A DNA stretch of 37,602 nucleotides from an uncultured Dehalococcoidia bacterium (GTDB taxonomy: Bacteria > Chloroflexota > Dehalococcoidia > Lucifugimonadales > UBA826): positions 1 to 37,602 of the forward strand of contig CAYPXS010000002.1 of assembly GCA_964414725.1 (NCBI GenBank). The letters run 5' to 3'. Of this stretch, positions 34,269 to 37,602 are shown piece after piece; within the stretch, counting starts at the first letter, position 1; each line of letters begins with the position of its first letter. Under the pieces are notes generated by a model. That model made no database searches. It was not told the DNA's origin and worked only from the letters and a program-made list of their open reading frames with translations. The translations under genes were made by a program, and so were the position numbers.

Positions 34269-34796
34269 CTATTCTTCAAGTATAGTTACAGATTTCATGG
34301 CGTCACCAGGGGTAGTTGCGCTTCCAGGGTCTCTTTCACTGATAGCGAGAACTGTTTCCATTCCGTCTGACACTTTCCCAAATACACTGTGATTGCCGTC
34401 AAGATGAGGGGTTGGAACGAATGTTATAAAAAATTGGCTCCCATTTGTACCCATTCCGTTGATAACTCCGCGGTTTGCCATGGATAGTATTCCGGCAGAA
34501 TCATGCTTTGCATCGTTGTGGAATTCGTCGTCAAAGTTATAGCCAGGCCCACCGGAGCCTGTTCCGGTTGGGTCCCCTGACTGTGCCATAAATCCAGGTA
34601 TCACCCTATGAAAGGTTATACCGTTGTAATAGCCGTCCCTTGCCAAGAAAACGAAATTATTTACCGTTTTTGGAGCTTCTTTAGATAACAAATCAATAGT
34701 GATTTTATTGCCGTTATCCATTTCTACGATCGCTTTATAACTCTTTTCTGGATCGAGGTTGAATTCAGGAGGCTGACTGTAGGTTTTATCGCTCAT
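34269..34796 (-). CDS. Cyclophilin-type peptidyl-prolyl cis-trans isomerase
   Basis: 175 aa with cyclophilin segments [32 protein letters not shown] and GSQFFIT. Confidence 0.95.
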   Translation of the reverse strand: MSDKTYSQPPEFNLDPEKSYKAIVEMDNGNKITIDLLSKEAPKTVNNFVFLARDGYYNGITFHRVIPGFMAQSGDPTGTGSGGPGYNFDDEFHNDAKHDSAGILSMANRGVINGMGTNGSQFFITFVPTPHLDGNHSVFGKVSDGMETVLAISERDPGSATTPGDAMKSVTILEE

Positions 34797-34811
34797 TATT
34801 TGACCTTTAAT

Positions 34812-35255
34812 TTATTTATTTTCCTGTCCTATTGATTCGAACTTCTCGATTATATCCTTTATTTCGCTCGGGACCTTACGGGAGGTACCTAGGCCTGAAT
34901 CAAAATTCACAGAAATGGATTGTCCGGTGCATAGCAATTCGTTTGTACCATTTCGGTAGATTTCTGATCTTTTGTCGAGGCTGGAATTTCCAATTTTATC
35001 TACTTTAAAGAACACATCTATGAGCTCATCTATTTTTGCAGGACTTTTGTATTCCAAAGTTACCTTTACTGCTGCTAAGTCAAAAATTTCCCTCTTGTCC
35101 GGCTGATGAGTAAGAATGCCTAAGTTGCGGAAATATTCTGCTTGTGCCACATCTATAAAATCCAAATAACTTCCATAGTATGCGATCCCTTGCACATCAC
35201 ATTCCTTCCAGCGAACACGCAATGTATGTTTGAATTTGAAGTTGTCTTTGCTCAT
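34812..35255 (-). CDS. Acyl-CoA thioesterase (4HBT/YbgC-like hotdog fold)
   Basis: 147 aa. LRVRWKECDVQGIAYYGSYLDFIDVAQAEYFRNLG matches the YbgC/4HBT N-terminal catalytic-Asp region. It lies 15 nt upstream of the cyclophilin gene. Confidence 0.8.
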   Translation of the reverse strand: MSKDNFKFKHTLRVRWKECDVQGIAYYGSYLDFIDVAQAEYFRNLGILTHQPDKREIFDLAAVKVTLEYKSPAKIDELIDVFFKVDKIGNSSLDKRSEIYRNGTNELLCTGQSISVNFDSGLGTSRKVPSEIKDIIEKFESIGQENK

Positions 35256-35362
35256 TTGCTCGCCTGTTAGTAGTTGTTTTTGTTATTTGAGGTGCATTAG
35301 AGGGTTTTGGTCAGGTTATTCTAATATGCCAATCTAAGACAATTGGAATCAGGTGAAACCAC

Positions 35363-35382
35363 TTGCCATAGTAACGTGGCAA
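35363..35382. promoter_or_regulatory. Palindrome TTGCCA-N8-TGGCAA (possible operator)
   Basis: Perfect 6-bp arms lie in the 294-nt divergent region between the thioesterase gene and the coiled-coil gene. The spacer contains GTAACGT, which recurs at 35420-35426. Confidence 0.25.
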
Positions 35383-35549
35383 CACTCATGAATCTAGTCT
35401 GAATATATGGTTTAATTCCGTAACGTAGATTTTAATTTGGGTAATTGTCGGTATATTTCCGGATAGCCCGTTCAAGAAATCGTCGTAAAGTAGTAAAATA
35501 CAACAGATCGTCTTCAAAAATGAGAGAAATTGCTGGGGGACTTTAAAAA

Positions 35550-37602
35550 ATGTTCAAGAAAGCCCTGATGAAAATATCGGTTATCGGGATTGTTGGAGCA
35601 GCCTTTGCGGCTTGTGGGGTTGTTGATGTGGAACAGGCACAAGGAGTGGTTGATTTACGAGCGAGAATACTCGAGATACAGACCAATGAGGTCGATCCAC
35701 TTGTGGAGCAGATTAACGCCATAGAAGAGCAAGTAGCTCCGATTGAAGCTGAAATAGAAGCTTTAGAAAGGCAGAAGGAAGGTCTTTATCAGCAGGCCGA
35801 AGAAATCGGTCAGGAATTTGACCAAGAGATGCGGGAACGTTTTGACACTGTCTACATGGAAGGGGATCAGGCGAGGGACGAATACAAAGAACAGATAGAT
35901 GCTCGGTTTCAGGAGTTGGAACAGAGGCAAAGAGATCTCAAGGACGAGAAAGAAAGGCTTCATGATGAATTAGAAGAATCAATTCAGCAGAGAAGATCTG
36001 AGATGGAGGAGAACGGGCAGAACACCTGGCAGAATCTAGAATTTGCGATGAGAGCGAAGGAAGAGGAAGCTCAGAATATTTCCAAGGGGATGTGGAGAGA
36101 ATGGGATGAAGAGCGAGATGAAGCCCACCGCCAAGTTGAAGATATGAGGAGAGAATACGAGGAAAATAATCCTTTTAACCAGGAAATGGAAGCCATACAT
36201 CAGGCCTGGAAAGATATAGATGATTCTCATTTTGAAATCGATATAGAGCAAATGCAAATAGAAGAGTCCAGGATGGAATTACACGACATGGTAAGACCTC
36301 TGGAAGAAGAAGCTGAGGAATTAAGGAAAAGAGAAAGAGATATATGGGATACTGATCCAAATTTGTTGGCCGCCGCTGCCGGTACAAATGCTAAAAGCAG
36401 TGAGGACCTCATTCAGGAAGAGCACGAAAAGTTGGAGGATCTTTACCGCCAGCTACGCTCGGCTACTGACAGTGAGCAACAAGCCCAGGCAGTTACAACA
36501 CAATTAGATTGGGATAATCATGCTGTACGCACTGACCAAATATGGGCAGACTACGATCAGGATTTGCAGAAAGCTGAAGAGAAAAGACATCAATCCTTTG
36601 ATGCAAACGCTGCAGTAGGCGATGCCAACAATGCACAACTGGATATTGATCAGATAAATCTTAATTATCAAGACCAAATTGCTTACAACGAAGCTAAACT
36701 TGACCAAGCCAAGCAATCGTTACAAGACCTCGAAGCAGGAAGCACAAATGATTCTGCTGCCCAGAGAAGCCAAATTATTGCTGATATTGAAGGAAAGCGA
36801 AGTCAACTAGACCAGCTACACCAAAATCTGGCCACAATGAATAGTGTTCTTCAGTCACAAACGAGGAATAATGAATGGGATCAGAAAACAGCCGCGATTG
36901 CTGATGCGGAATCTGCCCTAGCAAATACTCCGCAATTCGAGGTGAACACTGATGGAACTGTTGCTTCAGATCAAGCTAGGCCAGAATATGCCAATGCGCT
37001 GTCAGTGGTTGAAGCTCTTAAAAACGAACGAGCGAGCATACCAGAGTACATAGTAACTGAAGCCCCAAACCCAGCCTATAACACAGGTATCCAACAGCAA
37101 GACGATCTTAATGTGTCGATATCGCAACTAGAATCAACATTGAATGGTCTGTCCGATCAATCTACTACTGCAAACCCTGCCTACACGGCAGCCTTGGCGG
37201 AAAAGAACGGACTAGAGCAACTAATAGGGGATCTACATCAACAAAGGGACAATGAAATTCAGGCGAAGCAGAATATTGTTGATGCCGCCTCCACAGGAGC
37301 ACCAGATCAGAATCAACTAGACGCTGAAGTAGCTTCATTAATAAACGAAGCGGCAAGAATTAGAGATGAGCGTCTTACGGCATTGGATGCAGAGTACACA
37401 ATAACTGTTACGGCCACCGGCGGTTCTACAACCGACAGTGAAGCGATTAGGCAAGAAATAAATGAAGTGGAGCAGTACATCAGTAGTCTCCATGAATCCC
37501 AAGATCAAGGTTGGCAGATTCAAGAACAGATGGCACAAGACGTGCGTCATGAACTCAGAGAACTAGAAGATGGCATGGAATCTATCTGGGATATGATGAG
37601 AG
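35550..37602 (+). CDS. Large acidic coiled-coil lipoprotein (partial; runs off the 3' end of the window)
   Basis: This ORF is not in the supplied track. I translated the frame by hand from the ATG at 35550 (in-frame TAA at 35544-35546, GGGGGA 9 nt upstream) to 37602 and found 684 codons without a stop. The N-terminus MFKKALMKISVIGIVGAAFAAC has a positive n-region, a hydrophobic core and a lipobox-like FAAC. The rest is rich in E, Q, D, A and R with heptad-like character (e.g. EQVAPIEAEIEALERQKEGLYQQAEEIGQEFDQEMRERF). Confidence 0.85.
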   Translation, partial: MFKKALMKISVIGIVGAAFAACGVVDVEQAQGVVDLRARILEIQTNEVDPLVEQINAIEEQVAPIEAEIEALERQKEGLYQQAEEIGQEFDQEMRERFDTVYMEGDQARDEYKEQIDARFQELEQRQRDLKDEKERLHDELEESIQQRRSEMEENGQNTWQNLEFAMRAKEEEAQNISKGMWREWDEERDEAHRQVEDMRREYEENNPFNQEMEAIHQAWKDIDDSHFEIDIEQMQIEESRMELHDMVRPLEEEAEELRKRERDIWDTDPNLLAAAAGTNAKSSEDLIQEEHEKLEDLYRQLRSATDSEQQAQAVTTQLDWDNHAVRTDQIWADYDQDLQKAEEKRHQSFDANAAVGDANNAQLDIDQINLNYQDQIAYNEAKLDQAKQSLQDLEAGSTNDSAAQRSQIIADIEGKRSQLDQLHQNLATMNSVLQSQTRNNEWDQKTAAIADAESALANTPQFEVNTDGTVASDQARPEYANALSVVEALKNERASIPEYIVTEAPNPAYNTGIQQQDDLNVSISQLESTLNGLSDQSTTANPAYTAALAEKNGLEQLIGDLHQQRDNEIQAKQNIVDAASTGAPDQNQLDAEVASLINEAARIRDERLTALDAEYTITVTATGGSTTDSEAIRQEINEVEQYISSLHESQDQGWQIQEQMAQDVRHELRELEDGMESIWDMMR

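Noticed and set aside
35763-37550. Six minus-strand ORFs (61-73 aa) listed in the track
   Set aside because: All lie antisense to the uninterrupted plus-strand frame of at least 684 codons. They overlap one another in different frames and translate to low-complexity Leu/Phe/Ser-rich strings, which is typical of shadows of a GAA/CAG-rich gene.
1-37602. CRISPR arrays, rRNA, IS elements, prophage or known defence-system genes
   Set aside because: I saw no spaced direct-repeat array, no rRNA-like conserved stretches, no transposase, integrase or terminase-large genes, and no nuclease, helicase or methylase combinations in any frame. The nested ORFs in the track (e.g. 985-1623, 8309-8605, 13039-13305, 25885-26200) are shadows of larger genes.

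Overview
This is a compact, roughly 90% coding bacterial chromosomal segment, about 40% GC by eye. It carries 2 tRNA genes (a 5'-truncated tRNA-Gly-GCC at the left edge and tRNA-Asn-GTT at 6241-6315) and about 40 protein genes. I saw no rRNA, transposase, integrase, CRISPR array or obvious phage genes.

The content is dominated by paralog-rich catabolic enzymes:
- three family-III (CaiB/BaiF) CoA-transferases
- three luciferase-like FMN monooxygenases, one clearly SsuD-like, plus an SsuE-like FMN reductase
- two leaderless Cys-type sulfatases
- a CitE-like acyl-CoA lyase
- a three-subunit molybdenum hydroxylase translationally coupled to a lactonase, a crotonase and a sulfatase
- a GMC oxidoreductase with a small subunit
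- a Zn-ADH, an aldo/keto reductase, and a Cys-less thiolase-fold/DUF35 pair

This repertoire resembles what has been reported for marine SAR202-type Chloroflexota. Taxonomy cannot be proven from the window.

Most notable points from my own reading:
1. An open reading frame of at least 684 codons (35550 to the window end) encodes a lipobox-bearing, acidic/Gln-rich coiled-coil protein. It is absent from the supplied ORF track; only its antisense shadow ORFs are listed.
2. An orphan three-gene islet sits on the 3' side of tRNA-Asn: a SAP/HeH mini-protein, an HTH plus ACT-like protein, and an acidic-tail bPH membrane protein. It follows a 208-nt AT-rich leader with phased direct repeats.
3. A six-gene operon is built like the furoyl-CoA dehydrogenase (Hmf) logic but ends in a cytoplasmic sulfatase.
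4. A stand-alone homolog of the N-terminal hydrolase domain of 10-formyl-THF dehydrogenase lies divergent from a CoA-transferase/CitE module.
5. The thiolase-fold gene ends at an in-frame TGA, and a family-like C-terminus continues beyond it.
6. A C-terminal relic of an enolase-superfamily gene lies in a 'non-coding' gap.

All family assignments come from motif recognition and remembered reference sequences. No searches were run.
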